Below are positions 47,013 to 58,035 of a stretch of DNA of 64,000 nt, one piece after another. Position 1 is the first letter of the stretch. Each line of letters starts with the position of its first letter. Position numbers and translations under genes: made by a program. Below the pieces are notes generated by a model. That model was not told where the DNA came from. It did no database searches and worked only from the letters and a program-made list of their open reading frames with translations. Source of the stretch: Bryobacterales bacterium (lineage in GTDB: Bacteria > Acidobacteriota > Terriglobia > Bryobacterales > UBA6623); the NCBI GenBank assembly GCA_963422375.2, contig OY729428.2, positions 3,488,001-3,552,000 on the forward strand. The letters are read 5' to 3'.

Positions 47013-48629
47013 TCAGACGCTGAGCTCCCTGACCTGCTTGCGCCGCCACGTGCCGAGATCGAAGATGAGGCGCGACACGAAGACCGAGGTGAAGAGGTTG
47101 GCGAGCAGGCCGATCGCGAGCGTGACGGCGAAGCCGCGCACCGCCCCGCGCCCGAAGAGGAACAGGAACGCCGCCGCGATGATCGTCGTCAGGTTCGTGT
47201 CGATGATCGTGAGGAAGGCCTTGCCGAAGCCGGCGTTGAGCGCGGCCACCGCGGCCTTGCCCGCGCGCAGCTCCTCGCGGATGCGCTCGAAGATCAGCAC
47301 GTTGGCGTCCACCGCCATGCCGATCGTGAGGATGATGCCGGCGATGCCGGGCAGCGTCAGGGTGAACCCGAACGCACTCAGCACGGCGAGCAGGATCAGA
47401 AGGTTGAAGAACAGGGCCACGTTGGCGTTCACGCCCGCCAAGCGGTAATAGACCAGCATCAGCACGACGATCAGCGCCACGCCGTAGATGGCGCTGCGGA
47501 CGCCCTGGCGGATCGAGTCGGCCCCGAGCGAGGCACCGACCGTGCGCTCCTCCAAGTAGACGACCGAGGCGGGCAGGGCCCCGGCGCGCAGTACCAAGGC
47601 GAGGTCGAGGGCCTCGGTCTGCGAGTCGATGTTGTTGATCACGCCCTCGGACTCGATGCGCGACTCGATCGATGCCACGCTCTGGATGCGCCGGTCCAGC
47701 ACCACCGAGAGGCTCCGCCCGACGTTGGCGCCGGTGTAGATGCCGAAGCGCTGGCCGGCCTGGCGCGAGAGGGTGAAGGAGACCTGCCACGCGCCCGGGT
47801 TCTGGGTGTCGCGGCCCGCGGTGGCCGCTCGCAGGTCGCGCCCGGTGACGACGGGATTCCGCTGGAGGAGGTACCACTCGTTGCGCCCCCGCTCGGCGTA
47901 GTGGGCCAGCTCGCTGTTGGCGGGCAGGATGCCGTTGTTTTGCGTGCGCGCCTGCTCCGGCGAGGTGAACGGGCCGCCCAGGACTGCCTTGATCTCCAGC
48001 TGCGCCGACATCTGCAGGAGGTTCATGACGCGGGCGGGGTCGCTCACGCCGGGGAGCTGGACGAGAATCTCGTGTTCGGCCTCGGCGCGCCCGTGTTGCT
48101 GGATGACCGGCTCGGTAAGGCCCAGGCCGTTGATGCGGTTCTCGATGGTGGACATCGACTGCTGCAGCGTCTCGGCCTTGAGGCGCAGCAGCTCGCTGGG
48201 CCGCAGGCTCAGCGCGAAGGAGCTGCCGCCGGTCGAGGAGGGCAGCCAGCTGGGCGCCTCCTCCTCGAGGATCGCGCGCACGTCTCCGACCCGGTCGGTC
48301 GGCGTGCCCTCCAGGAGGATCTGGATTGAATCGGCCTCCTCGATGGAGGCGGGATCCGTCCGCCGCAAATCCGTGTAGGCGATGCCCGCGCCGGCCAGGC
48401 GCGCCTTGACGCGGTCGATCGTCTGGTCGGCCTCGGACTTGAGCGAGTCCTGGACCTGGACCTGCAGGATGAGGTGCGTGCCGCCCTTGAGGTCGAGGCC
48501 CAGCGCGATGTTGTCGGCTAGGTTCCGGGTGACGGCCTCCCACGAAGGCGAGAGGCCGAAGACGCGCCAGAAGCACAGCGCGAACACGACCAGCACCAAG
48601 GCGATCTTGAGTCCGAAGCGGCTTTTCAT
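47013..48629 (-). CDS. secD: Protein translocase subunit SecD
   Basis: LGLDLKGG, VQLPG, LRAGALPA and GMAVDANVLIFERIREE. Confidence 0.96.
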   Translation of the reverse strand: MKSRFGLKIALVLVVFALCFWRVFGLSPSWEAVTRNLADNIALGLDLKGGTHLILQVQVQDSLKSEADQTIDRVKARLAGAGIAYTDLRRTDPASIEEADSIQILLEGTPTDRVGDVRAILEEEAPSWLPSSTGGSSFALSLRPSELLRLKAETLQQSMSTIENRINGLGLTEPVIQQHGRAEAEHEILVQLPGVSDPARVMNLLQMSAQLEIKAVLGGPFTSPEQARTQNNGILPANSELAHYAERGRNEWYLLQRNPVVTGRDLRAATAGRDTQNPGAWQVSFTLSRQAGQRFGIYTGANVGRSLSVVLDRRIQSVASIESRIESEGVINNIDSQTEALDLALVLRAGALPASVVYLEERTVGASLGADSIRQGVRSAIYGVALIVVLMLVYYRLAGVNANVALFFNLLILLAVLSAFGFTLTLPGIAGIILTIGMAVDANVLIFERIREELRAGKAAVAALNAGFGKAFLTIIDTNLTTIIAAAFLFLFGRGAVRGFAVTLAIGLLANLFTSVFVSRLIFDLGTWRRKQVRELSV

Positions 48630-48652
48630 GCGAGCGACCCGTTCCGTCGGCG

Positions 48653-48937
48653 CTACTTGCCGGCCTTCTCCGCCATGCCGACCACGGCGCTGCGCGCGAA
48701 TTGCAGCTTGACGCCGTCCGGCGCGATGCGCAGCGTGACGCTGCCCTCGGCCAGGCCGACCACGGTGCCGGTCAGGCCCCCGTTGGTGACCACCCGGTCG
48801 CCGGAGGAGAGATCAGCGAGCATCTGCTCCAGCTTCTTCTGACGCTTGCGGGCGGGCAGGATCACCAGCATGACGAAGATGCCGATCATCAGCAAGATCG
48901 GCATGAAGGCCTGCCAGCTCGACTGCTGCAGGAGCAT
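48653..48937 (-). CDS. yajC: Preprotein translocase subunit YajC
   Basis: TM followed by P.RKRQK...L..GDRVVTNGGL.G; located between tgt and secD. Confidence 0.9.
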   Translation of the reverse strand: MLLQQSSWQAFMPILLMIGIFVMLVILPARKRQKKLEQMLADLSSGDRVVTNGGLTGTVVGLAEGSVTLRIAPDGVKLQFARSAVVGMAEKAGK

Positions 48938-49089
48938 GGCCGTGACGGCCAGCCCGGGGTGGACTTGGTCCAAGGTAGGCAAATGCACGGAAATCAGAGT
49001 GGAGGAAGCAAGGGCCGCGCCGCTCGCCGGGCCATTCGACACTATAGCGAAGCCCGGGGCGCCAAGCCAGCAGCTGCGCGACTCGACAC

Positions 49090-50199
49090 TCAACGACTCG
49101 CGGCATGCTCGGCGGCGGCCTGCTTGAGATAGCTTGGGAAACCCCCAGTGACTATAGCATCTCGAATGCGGCGCATCCTGTCAAGGTAGTGCCGGAGGTT
49201 GTGCAGCGTCGCGAGGGTCCCGAACAGCATCTCCCGGGCCAGGAACAAGTGGCGGAGGTAGGAGCGGGAGAAGTTGCGGCACGCGTAGCACGCGCAGCTC
49301 TCGTCGATCGGCGCGTCGGACCGAGCGTGGGCCGAGTTCTTGATCATGAGCTTGCCCGAGGACGTGAAGAGGGATCCGTTGCGCGCGTTCCGGGTGGGCA
49401 GGACGCAGTCCATCATGTCGATGCCCAGGGCGACGTACCGCCCGATCTCGTGCGGCATACCCACGCCCATGGCGTAGCGGGGCCTGTCCCGCGGGAGGCT
49501 CTCGCCGCAGACGGCCGCCATCTCGTAGCTGAGCGCGCGCGGCTCGCCGACCGAGAGCCCGCCGACCGCATAGCCGGGCGCGTCCAAATCCGTCAACTGC
49601 AGGGCGCACTGGCGGCGCAGCCCCGGGTACATCGAGCCCTGGACGACGGGAAACAGCATCGCCCCGGAGTCCGGCGCGCCGGCGCGCCAGTGCCGGAAGG
49701 ATCGCTCGGCCCATCGCAGCGTGAGCGCCATCGAGTCCCCGGCCGCGCTCTCGGCGGCGGGGTAGGCGGTGCAGTCGTCGAGCACCATCATCACGTCGCT
49801 GCCCAGGGCCAGCTGGATGTCGAGGGCCCGCTCGGGCGTGAGGAAGCGACGCGAGCCGTCCAGATGGGAGCGGAACTCCACGCCTTCCTCGCTGATACGC
49901 CGCAGGGCCGCGAGGCTGAAGACCTGGTAGCCGCCGGAGTCGGTCAGCAGGGCACGGTTCCAGTGCATGAAGCGGTGCAGGCCGCCGACGTCGCGGACGG
50001 TGTCCTCGCCCGGCCGCATCCAGAGGTGGTAGGTGTTCGCGAGCAGCATACGAGCGTCCAGCTCCTCGACCAGCTGCTTGGGCGTGAGGCTCTTGACCGT
50101 CGCCTGAGTGCCGACGGGCATGAAGACCGGCGTCTCGACGGGACCGTGCGCCGTGTGCAGGATCCCGGCCCGCGCCTGCGTGCTCGGGCATTCGGCCAC
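49090..50199 (-). CDS. tgt: tRNA-guanine transglycosylase
   Basis: TPVFMPVGT, ANTYHL, TDSGGYQVFSL, DCVLPTRNARNG and CAC..C zinc site. Confidence 0.97.
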   Translation of the reverse strand: MAECPSTQARAGILHTAHGPVETPVFMPVGTQATVKSLTPKQLVEELDARMLLANTYHLWMRPGEDTVRDVGGLHRFMHWNRALLTDSGGYQVFSLAALRRISEEGVEFRSHLDGSRRFLTPERALDIQLALGSDVMMVLDDCTAYPAAESAAGDSMALTLRWAERSFRHWRAGAPDSGAMLFPVVQGSMYPGLRRQCALQLTDLDAPGYAVGGLSVGEPRALSYEMAAVCGESLPRDRPRYAMGVGMPHEIGRYVALGIDMMDCVLPTRNARNGSLFTSSGKLMIKNSAHARSDAPIDESCACYACRNFSRSYLRHLFLAREMLFGTLATLHNLRHYLDRMRRIRDAIVTGGFPSYLKQAAAEHAASR

Positions 50200-50776
50200 G
50201 ATTTCGAAACGCGGTGTCAGGGCCGATCCACCCTCATCAAGTGTGGCGCAGCCGGCGGCCCAGGCCCGCCTTGGCTAGCTGCGGCGCGCGAGACACTGCG
50301 GGCGGGAAGGCGGCGCGACGCGGGCCGCGCACGAGAAGAAGCGAGCTTGCGAGGAGATCTCGACTTGAATGCCGCGGGGCAATGTCCGCAATCCCCGCGA
50401 AGCACCGGCCCTACCGCTCCTCCAGCAGGCACAGGGGCGGATGGATAGGGTTCCTGGCATGCTGCCTCTGCCAGCGCATGTGATCGCAGATCGCGTGGGC
50501 CTCAGAACCGAGTCAAATCTGGATTCCCGATGCGAGGATCTACGCTGTTGCGCCTGCCGGAACCGGCCGGACATATAGGGAGGACAAACGGAACCGGTAG
50601 GGCTAGCGGCTCCGTCAATGAAATCGTAGTCCGTGCCGACAAGGGGCCGACGCGACTAACGCGGATCACCGCACCGCGTTGCGGCGGGAACGTCTCGCGC
50701 ATGTCGGCGCGGCCTCTGCTCGTGCCAGCGCGCTCCAGCACCGAGGGCAGCCGCGGGCCGGTCAGTCAGGAACTGT

Positions 50777-53760
50777 TCAGGCCGGCGCTCCGGGTTGCGC
50801 TTGCGCAAGCCTCTCGAGAGCACTGCGGCTGCCTCCGTGAATATGCGGCTCGCGGCAGAAGGCGTCCCGGAGATCATCGATGCCTCGCCAAGGCGCATCA
50901 TGCGCACCGGCCGTCCCGGGCGCCGCACCTTCAATCGCCCTGGAAGTCAGCCCCAGAAGCCTGAGAACTGCTCCATCTATCAGCTTGCGCGGGTAATCCG
51001 CGTGCGCTTGGCAGATGGGAAGCAGCGATCTCTGGGCCAGCCGGTCGAAGTCCTGGGAGGCATTCTCCAAACTCTCCGAAGCCAGGCTGGCAAGGTCCGG
51101 AACGGGTACCGCCTTGAGAGCTCCCACTTGGATCAGGGACCGTCCGATCTGCTGCTTGCCCCCGTGCGTCCAATGCACGAGCGCACCCAAGGTCGAGTTC
51201 GCCCACAGCGCGAACGCCTTGCGCACCCTCTCGTCGCGATGGCGAAGCGCTGTCCACGCCCTGACACCCATCGCGGCCCGTTCGGTCGTCGCCGCGACCA
51301 GCGCTTGCGACGTCCAGCGCAGGTTGCGCGCGTAGAACAGCGTGCCAGACCTTCCTCTCATCGCGTCCTGCTGGCTTCGGCTCGGACTCCCCGGGGCGAC
51401 GCCTCGGTGCGTCGGCTCGATCACGAGCCGGACCTGCTCGTTCGCGTTCGCCCTCCAGAGCGACAGATCCCGCACCGGACCCGCCAGGCCGTCAATCGGG
51501 TGCCGCTCAAATGCCCCGATCGGATCGTTCCCGGCTAGGTGGCCGATCAGATGATGCGTGGGGCCAACTTCGAACAGGTCACCCAAGCGCACCATCGGCA
51601 CGGGCAGGCGCGTCGTCCGACCCGACTGGAGGTCGACCAGCTCGCCCCGGAGCAGCCTCCCGGCCGCTACGGCAAGGTCGCCTCGCGCTGCTCCCAGTTC
51701 GCTCCAAGGGTCGCCGTTCCCGATCCGCTCCCGCCGGCTCCAAGTGCCGATCCTTTGCCGGCCCACGCGAATCTCCCCGGACTCGGCAGCAGCGTGCGTC
51801 TCGAGGCCCTCGAGCACCGCCCTAGCCGACTCGCGGGCGCACCCGAGTTCGGTAACACCTCCGTCCAGGTTCACGCAAACCACCCGCGAGGGGAGTGCTT
51901 TGTCGGGTTCGGCCTTCTGAGCCACCAGCAGCATCTCGTTCATCCCGGTGTCGCTCGAAAGCGACAGCTGACCGGACGTGCCGCCCGCAACAGTTACTGC
52001 CACGATTTCCGTGTAGGCGTTCTCAATCGCCTGGCGCATCCCGCTATAGGACGCTGCCGTCAATGGCAAGACGAACCCCATGCGCCCTCCCGGCCGCAGC
52101 TTCCGGTCCGCTTTCGTCACGAAGAACGTGGCCAGCCCGGCCTTCAGATTGGCGAACGTCTGCGCCCCCAGCCTAGACGCTCGCCGTTGCGACGCGACTC
52201 GCTCGGCGTCGGGCAGGCCGGCCACGTCGAACAGGCTCTGCCCGCCCCGCGTCCGCGAATACGGCGGATTCGCGAGGAAGTAGTGCAGGCTCGCGGAGGG
52301 AAGCGTCGCGCTCATCACGCGTCCCGTAATCTCCCGCCCCCGCGACGCCTCAAACGCGCTCTGGAATAGATCCCCGACGTCGTCGCGTTCTAGGCACTCT
52401 AGGGATCCGGTTCGGTCCGGCCCGCCGACCGGCACGCACCCGATCTGTACGTCGCCGTACGCCGCGGCAGGCTCCAGGGCGGACAGCGAGGTTGCTGTCA
52501 GGTGGGCGGCGATCGCGCTGATGTCGACTGCCAGCACGCCATGCTCCATGAAATCCCGGTGTAGCGCGGCCGTGTCCCCGCCGTGTCGCTCGTACAGGTT
52601 GCGAATCTGTCGATATCCGGCCCGCACAAGCGTGCCGGTACCGCTGGCAGTGTCCGCAAGCCGAACCTTCTTCCCCAGTTCCGGATCCCCCCAATCGACT
52701 TCGGCGCCCCGGCCGGTATGCTCGCGGATCGTTAGGCAGGCTAGAAACTCCGCCGTCGCGGGCCGCGTGTAAAACGCGGCCGCAGTCTTCCGGTCCTCGC
52801 TCAGCCGGGGGAACAGCTCCGCGCCGATATCGATATACGAGCCCAGCCTCGACGTCTCGATGGCTTCCACGGCCTTGAGCAGACTCTCAAAGCCTTCCGA
52901 CACGGCCCTCGCGCTGACCGCAGCCGCCGGGCGCAGCGCACCGAGGGCCGGGACGAAGATCGAGCGGAAATTCACCTTGAGGGCGGCCTCCCACGCGGCG
53001 ACGAACAGACTGGGAAGCGGGTTTCCGCTGTCGTCGACACAGGTCGAGGCAGAGGCGATCACGCGTTCGCGCGTCGCACGGACCCGATTCTGCGCCAAGA
53101 GCGCATCGAGCCACACAACGCTGGCGGTCGTCAAGCCTCGCCACGGCATCCGCTGCCGCACGCTGCGAGCGACCTGCTCCTGGTCATGTCATATGGGGAG
53201 ATTCGGGCCGCGAGACGGTCTGCGCAGTGCCTGACATGCATCGCGACGCCTTCCGCAAGCGCTGCAACGTAGAGGCTCGACTGGCATATTGCCGGAAGCA
53301 CCGCGACCAAGTCGTCGGCGCTCCCCGCGGTCCAACCGCTGAGGGGCCATCTTGGCGAATCCCGATCAGATTCCCCTTGGAGCAAGACGTACTGGATCCG
53401 GTTGCCCTGCAGGAGCCACGCCGTGACGTCCTCCACGCTCCGCAGACGCTGGACATGGCCGGGAATCCAGACCGCTACTCCTGCTCGGACCTTGGCTCCG
53501 CCAGCCCGAAGCGTCTGGCCGAGTCGTCCGCGCGCGTCCCGCTCGGCGTCGGCGGCCCCGTACGACGCTTCGATGACGACTGGCGGGGACACCGGGCCGT
53601 CGATCAGGATGTCGGGCCGTCGCGGGCTGCCCTCGAAGACACTGCGACGCTCTTCTTGGACGATATCTATCGTCGCCCCCGCGCCAAGACGGCTTTCCCG
53701 CCCGAATCGCCTCCGCCAGTCCGCTGTTGAATGTCTGCTCGTGTAGCTGCGATTTCCGTT
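50777..53760 (-). pseudogene. Fused restriction endonuclease/N6-adenine methyltransferase (type IIG/IIL-like), two frameshifts
   Basis: N-terminal HEQTFN...PDILI...VVIEAS (PD-(D/E)xK-like), FYTRP, DTASGTGTL (motif I) and ANPPY (motif IV). Frames join if the duplications at 53664-53671 and 53183-53192 are removed. Confidence 0.78.
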
Positions 53761-54238
53761 GCGAGTGGCAGGACTGAGGCGATTTTCCGGTTGATCAGGC
53801 GGTGCGTACAGTTCATAGTCGCACACTGCACCAGACTGACCTCGCGAGGCGATTCGACCACCGCTGGGCCCTACCGCGACAGCTGTGGCCGGACCAACGT
53901 AGGGCGCAGGGGGGCTCAATGCGGCCACCGAGGAGCGCGACTCCGCCCGGGCTCGGCTTGGCAGCGCGGTGCTGCGTACCGCATCGGAAGAAGTGAAGCG
54001 ACACCAGACCGGGCCGCATCCTCCGCATCGACTACCTCTGGGACGCTCGGGGCGAGGCGGTAGTAGTCGCATCCATGCCAGGGCACTGCTAGGCGAAACG
54101 GTCGGAGAGATCGAACGAATGCCCGCAGGCGGCCGTCGCAGAAAGCGCCCGCGCGAGCGCACGCCCCGGCCATCGAGCCAGTGCGAACGGCCCGGGGGCT
54201 GGTATATTGAAGCTTCATCCGGGATCTCCGGAGCGCAC

Positions 54239-54751
54239 ATGCCGGACCAGACTCCTACAGATTCGAAACGTCGCGCCGCCCGGCCCCCGAGGCCAATGCG
54301 GGCGGGCGGCGATGCGGCCGCGGAGCGTCGCAGGGCAGCCGCGGCGGAGCGGAAGCGCAAGGCCCGGGAGGAAGCGCTGCGCGTCGCGTCGCTGACGCCG
54401 CTGGAGGCCCCCCACCCCAAGGGATGGCCGTGGTCGGAAGGCGGCATGGCGGGTAACCGCAAGAAGAAGCCCGCGTTGCTCGCGATCACGAACGAGAATT
54501 GCACCGGGTGCGCGGGCTCCCCGGTCTGCATCAACTACTGCCCGGTCGACGAGTGCATGTACTGGATCGACGACGAAGACCACCCGCCGTTCGGCCGGAT
54601 CGAGGTGGACGGACAGACTTGCATCGGCTGCAAGCAGTGCATCTCCAAGGGGCCGGACGGCACCTTCCTGGACGGCTGCCCCTGGGACGCGATCGACATG
54701 GTGCCTATCGCCGAGGTCGAGTCGAAACTCAGCGTCAAGTACGAATTCTAG
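54239..54751 (+). CDS. 4Fe-4S dicluster ferredoxin-like protein
   Basis: CTGC...CINYCP and CIGCKQC...GCPWDAI; TATATT and ggag upstream. Confidence 0.85.
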   Translation: MPDQTPTDSKRRAARPPRPMRAGGDAAAERRRAAAAERKRKAREEALRVASLTPLEAPHPKGWPWSEGGMAGNRKKKPALLAITNENCTGCAGSPVCINYCPVDECMYWIDDEDHPPFGRIEVDGQTCIGCKQCISKGPDGTFLDGCPWDAIDMVPIAEVESKLSVKYEF

Positions 54752-54787
54752 GCCTCCCGCGCCCGTCCCCGTCCCGTCCGAATTACC

Positions 54788-55159
54788 GTGAATCACTCCC
54801 AGAGATTCCTCGCGATCGTGGACGAGGCCAAGTCGCGGATCCGAGAGACCACCGTGGAGGACGTTCAGGCGGATCTGGCCGCCGGGGCACCGTTCGAGTT
54901 GATCGACACCCGCGAGGAGTCCGAGTGGGCGGCCGCGCATGCCGCGGGTGCCTGCCACATGGGCAAGGGCGTCATCGAGCGCGACATGGAGGCCAAGTTC
55001 CCCGACACCGACACCAAGCTGGTTCTGTACTGCGGCGGCGGCTACCGCTCGGCGCTCGCCGCCGACTCCTTGCAGAGAATGGGCTACCGAAACGTGCATT
55101 CCCTGGCGGGCGGCTGGCGGGCTTGGAAGGGCGCGGGCCTTCCCGTCAGGAAGGGCTGA
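54788..55159 (+). CDS. Rhodanese-like sulfurtransferase
   Basis: LIDTREESEW...H..GA, LYCGGGYRSALAA and SLAGGW.AW. Confidence 0.92.
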   Translation: MNHSQRFLAIVDEAKSRIRETTVEDVQADLAAGAPFELIDTREESEWAAAHAAGACHMGKGVIERDMEAKFPDTDTKLVLYCGGGYRSALAADSLQRMGYRNVHSLAGGWRAWKGAGLPVRKG

Positions 55160-55177
55160 AGCTGCCGCGAAGCCTTC

Positions 55178-55933
55178 CTACGGACGGACGGCCTCCGAGC
55201 CTCCCGGCGCATAGAGCAACTCGACGGAGGCCGATTCCGGGGCGCACAGCAGGCGCGTTCCCTGGGGGAGCGGGATCCCGCGCAGGAACATGTAGGTCGC
55301 CGGTCCCGCGCGGCGGCCCGGCCGCAGCCAGAGAAGGTGTTCCACGCCGCCGTCCGGCAGGTGCGCCGTCAGCTGCAGCCAGTCGACGCCAGAAGCCCTT
55401 GCCGGGATGACACCCGTAGCGACTACGCTGCGGTCCAACCGGACCTCGCCGCTAACGGACAGGCGACCGTCGTCCGTATCCCCCTCATGCCGAGGAACTT
55501 CGTGGCCGTGGAACGGCTCGGCATGGACGGCGTCCCCCTCGGGCGCTCCGCCCTGAATCCAGCTGGAGATCACGGCGATCTCCGGCAGGGACAGGCTGCG
55601 GTCGTTGCGGAAGACGCCGAAGCCCTTGACCGCATCCCAAGGCGGCATCCGGCGGGCGAGGACTTCGTGCTTGATCGCCGCCGCCCAAGGACGAACCTCT
55701 GCGTAGGTCGTCAGCGGCATCGGCGCGGTCCCGCCAGCGCGATGGCATCCCGCGCATCGCTTGTACAGAATCCTCGATACGTCCCGGGTCCAAGTGAGCT
55801 TCGTCGCGATCGCCTCGTGGGCCGCTGCCGGGCAGTCCAACCAGAGTGCGCAGGCAAGTGCGCACAGCAACGGTCCGAGAAGCGCCGCCCGCCCAAACCG
55901 CCGCGGCCCCCTCTCGTTCGGCAGCCCGCGCAC
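55178..55933 (-). CDS. Exported CxxCH protein, short paralog of the adjacent monooxygenase-like protein
   Basis: Signal peptide; CAGCHR.G..APM.L.TY.E.RPWA...MPPW...W...GAPEG is shared with 55958-57256. Confidence 0.8.
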   Translation of the reverse strand: MRGLPNERGPRRFGRAALLGPLLCALACALWLDCPAAAHEAIATKLTWTRDVSRILYKRCAGCHRAGGTAPMPLTTYAEVRPWAAAIKHEVLARRMPPWDAVKGFGVFRNDRSLSLPEIAVISSWIQGGAPEGDAVHAEPFHGHEVPRHEGDTDDGRLSVSGEVRLDRSVVATGVIPARASGVDWLQLTAHLPDGGVEHLLWLRPGRRAGPATYMFLRGIPLPQGTRLLCAPESASVELLYAPGGSEAVRP

Positions 55934-55957
55934 GGCGCGCGACAGACCCGGCGGGAG

Positions 55958-57256
55958 CTAGTCCCCGCTCGCCTCGCCAGCCTTCATCTGGGTGACGTAC
56001 GGACGGACTTCGGCGGCGGCGTCGAATGCGACCTCAAAGAAGCCGATCATCATCTCCTCCCAGCTCTGGTCGCCCCAGCGGACTTCGGCGCTTGGGTCCG
56101 GGTTGTCCGGGTTGTTGGGCGAGTTGTCGAAGTGGGCCAGGCACTCGATGGCCGTGCCAGCCGCAAGCAGCCTAGGCTCCTTCAAGTAGTAGTAGAACTG
56201 CCAGTCGAAGTCGTACTTGGGCACTCTGAGCAGGACCTCCCGGCTGCCGTCGGGATGCCGGAGGTCGAATTGGAAATCCCTGCCCCGCAGATGCATGTGC
56301 GGCAGCAGGCTGACCAGCTCCACGTCGCGGTTCAGCACCCAGCGGGACCGCACGGGGTGAGCGCTCGCGCCGGGAGGAATGACGAACTTGCCGTTCGTGG
56401 CGCTCATGGTCACCACCCGCTTGGCGGGAGGCTCGTCGCGGAAGCGCAGGCCGATGCGCGTGCGATCGAGCACTTCCCTTCCGCTGGCCGTGTAATGCAG
56501 CTGCAGCACGATATCCGCCCCGGCCGGGAGAGCCTTGGCGTACTCGCTGCCATCCCACGAGACCGGCTCCTTGCCGGGAGCGAAGCCCGTGAGAATCTCG
56601 CGGTACTCGTTGGCCGACCGCCTGCGCTGCCTCTTCCGGGTGCGGCTCGGCACGAACACCTTGCCCGGAACGGCGCCCTCCAGCCACAGCGAGCCTTTCG
56701 GACGGACGAAGGCCAGAACGTGATGCACCACTTCGCGATTTCCGGGGCGAACCTCTGCCGCGCTTACCCACTTGTCCTCCCCGAAGTCCGTCGGAATCAC
56801 CAGGTACTGGTAGTCGATGACCCCTTCGGCGGGGACGCGAAACGCTTCCGGCAGCTCGAGCACCATATCGGGCTCCCCGATGTTCCAGCCGTCAAGGAAC
56901 TCCCGAGGCTCCGGCGCGTGGGTCGGGCTGCCTCGCTCCGCGCCGGTCTCGACCCATTCGGAGATCGCTCGCTTCTCGTCCGCGGACAGCACGTGCGCAT
57001 TCGACCACTCGCCGTACTGCGGGTCGGCGAACCACGGCGGCATGCGCCCCAAGGCCACCGCCTCGTGGATCGCCCGGGCCCACGGGCGGGCCTCGTCGTA
57101 CGTCAGCAGCGACATCGGCGCCGCCTCGCCCGGACGGTGGCACTGCTGGCAGTGGCGCTGCAGAATGGGCTCGATGTCGGCGTGGAATGTCGGACCGCCG
57201 CTCGCCAGCAGGGGCAGGGCGGCACACAGCAAGGCAGTTACGAGAATACGCGGCAC
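55958..57256 (-). CDS. Exported CxxCH + copper type II (PHM/DBH-like) monooxygenase-domain protein
   Basis: CQQCH; VVHH, QLHY, PHMHLRG, YDFDWQ and EEMM copper-ligand pattern; SD ggagga before GTG. Confidence 0.82.
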   Translation of the reverse strand: MPRILVTALLCAALPLLASGGPTFHADIEPILQRHCQQCHRPGEAAPMSLLTYDEARPWARAIHEAVALGRMPPWFADPQYGEWSNAHVLSADEKRAISEWVETGAERGSPTHAPEPREFLDGWNIGEPDMVLELPEAFRVPAEGVIDYQYLVIPTDFGEDKWVSAAEVRPGNREVVHHVLAFVRPKGSLWLEGAVPGKVFVPSRTRKRQRRRSANEYREILTGFAPGKEPVSWDGSEYAKALPAGADIVLQLHYTASGREVLDRTRIGLRFRDEPPAKRVVTMSATNGKFVIPPGASAHPVRSRWVLNRDVELVSLLPHMHLRGRDFQFDLRHPDGSREVLLRVPKYDFDWQFYYYLKEPRLLAAGTAIECLAHFDNSPNNPDNPDPSAEVRWGDQSWEEMMIGFFEVAFDAAAEVRPYVTQMKAGEASGD

Positions 57257-58035
57257 GGCAATCGCTCCTCCGCACAGTATTACACTGTGGGCTCGCGCGG
57301 CCGGCCCTATACCTACAAGCTGGGAGTCTCGGGGATTTGCGACACCAATTACCGGCCGGTCCTAGCCTGGCAAGCCGCTCGTAGGCGAGTGTAGCGTTGC
57401 CACAGAACCTGATGCCCGGGTCGTGCTTGGGGTTAAGATTGCCGCCAAGCATGGCCACCGTGCGCACGGCTGCCCCTCGGTTGTCCGGCGACGGAAGCCC
57501 GCGGTACCCAGCGAAGTCCCTTCGCTGACCCCGCAGGCCTGTCCGCGCTTAGTCCCGGCAGCCCCAAGTCGCCGATCCAGCCCGAGACGGCTGGAATCAA
57601 CTCTCGGGGGCAACTTGTTTAGTCCCTCGGCGTGACAACCAACACGCAAGCTCGCCGGCGACTCGCCGTGCCTCGGCGCGTCGCGACCGATGTACCTCCG
57701 CTTGGGATACGGCGAGAGGCCGCTGCCGTCAGGGCAAGCGGGGCTCGGGCCGGCACCGCCGGCCCGAGAGAGTTAAGCGGGAGACCGCGTTGTCGATCTC
57801 AATCGAACCCTTGATCGAACGGCCCCGGTGCCGCATATCCGGGGCGAGACCTCGGCCGACTACGGCCTCGGCTGCCCGCCCTGCGCCGCGGTGGCCATCC
57901 CGGTCGGCCGCCGCGGCCCGATCCCGGTGCGTTGCCGACGCTGAGCGCGGCGCCCGCGAATCTGCGTGACCGCGGCGGGCGCGCCTACGCGATCAGGGTC
58001 CGGGACCCGCGCTCGCGCCTGCGCCGGTAGCGTCT

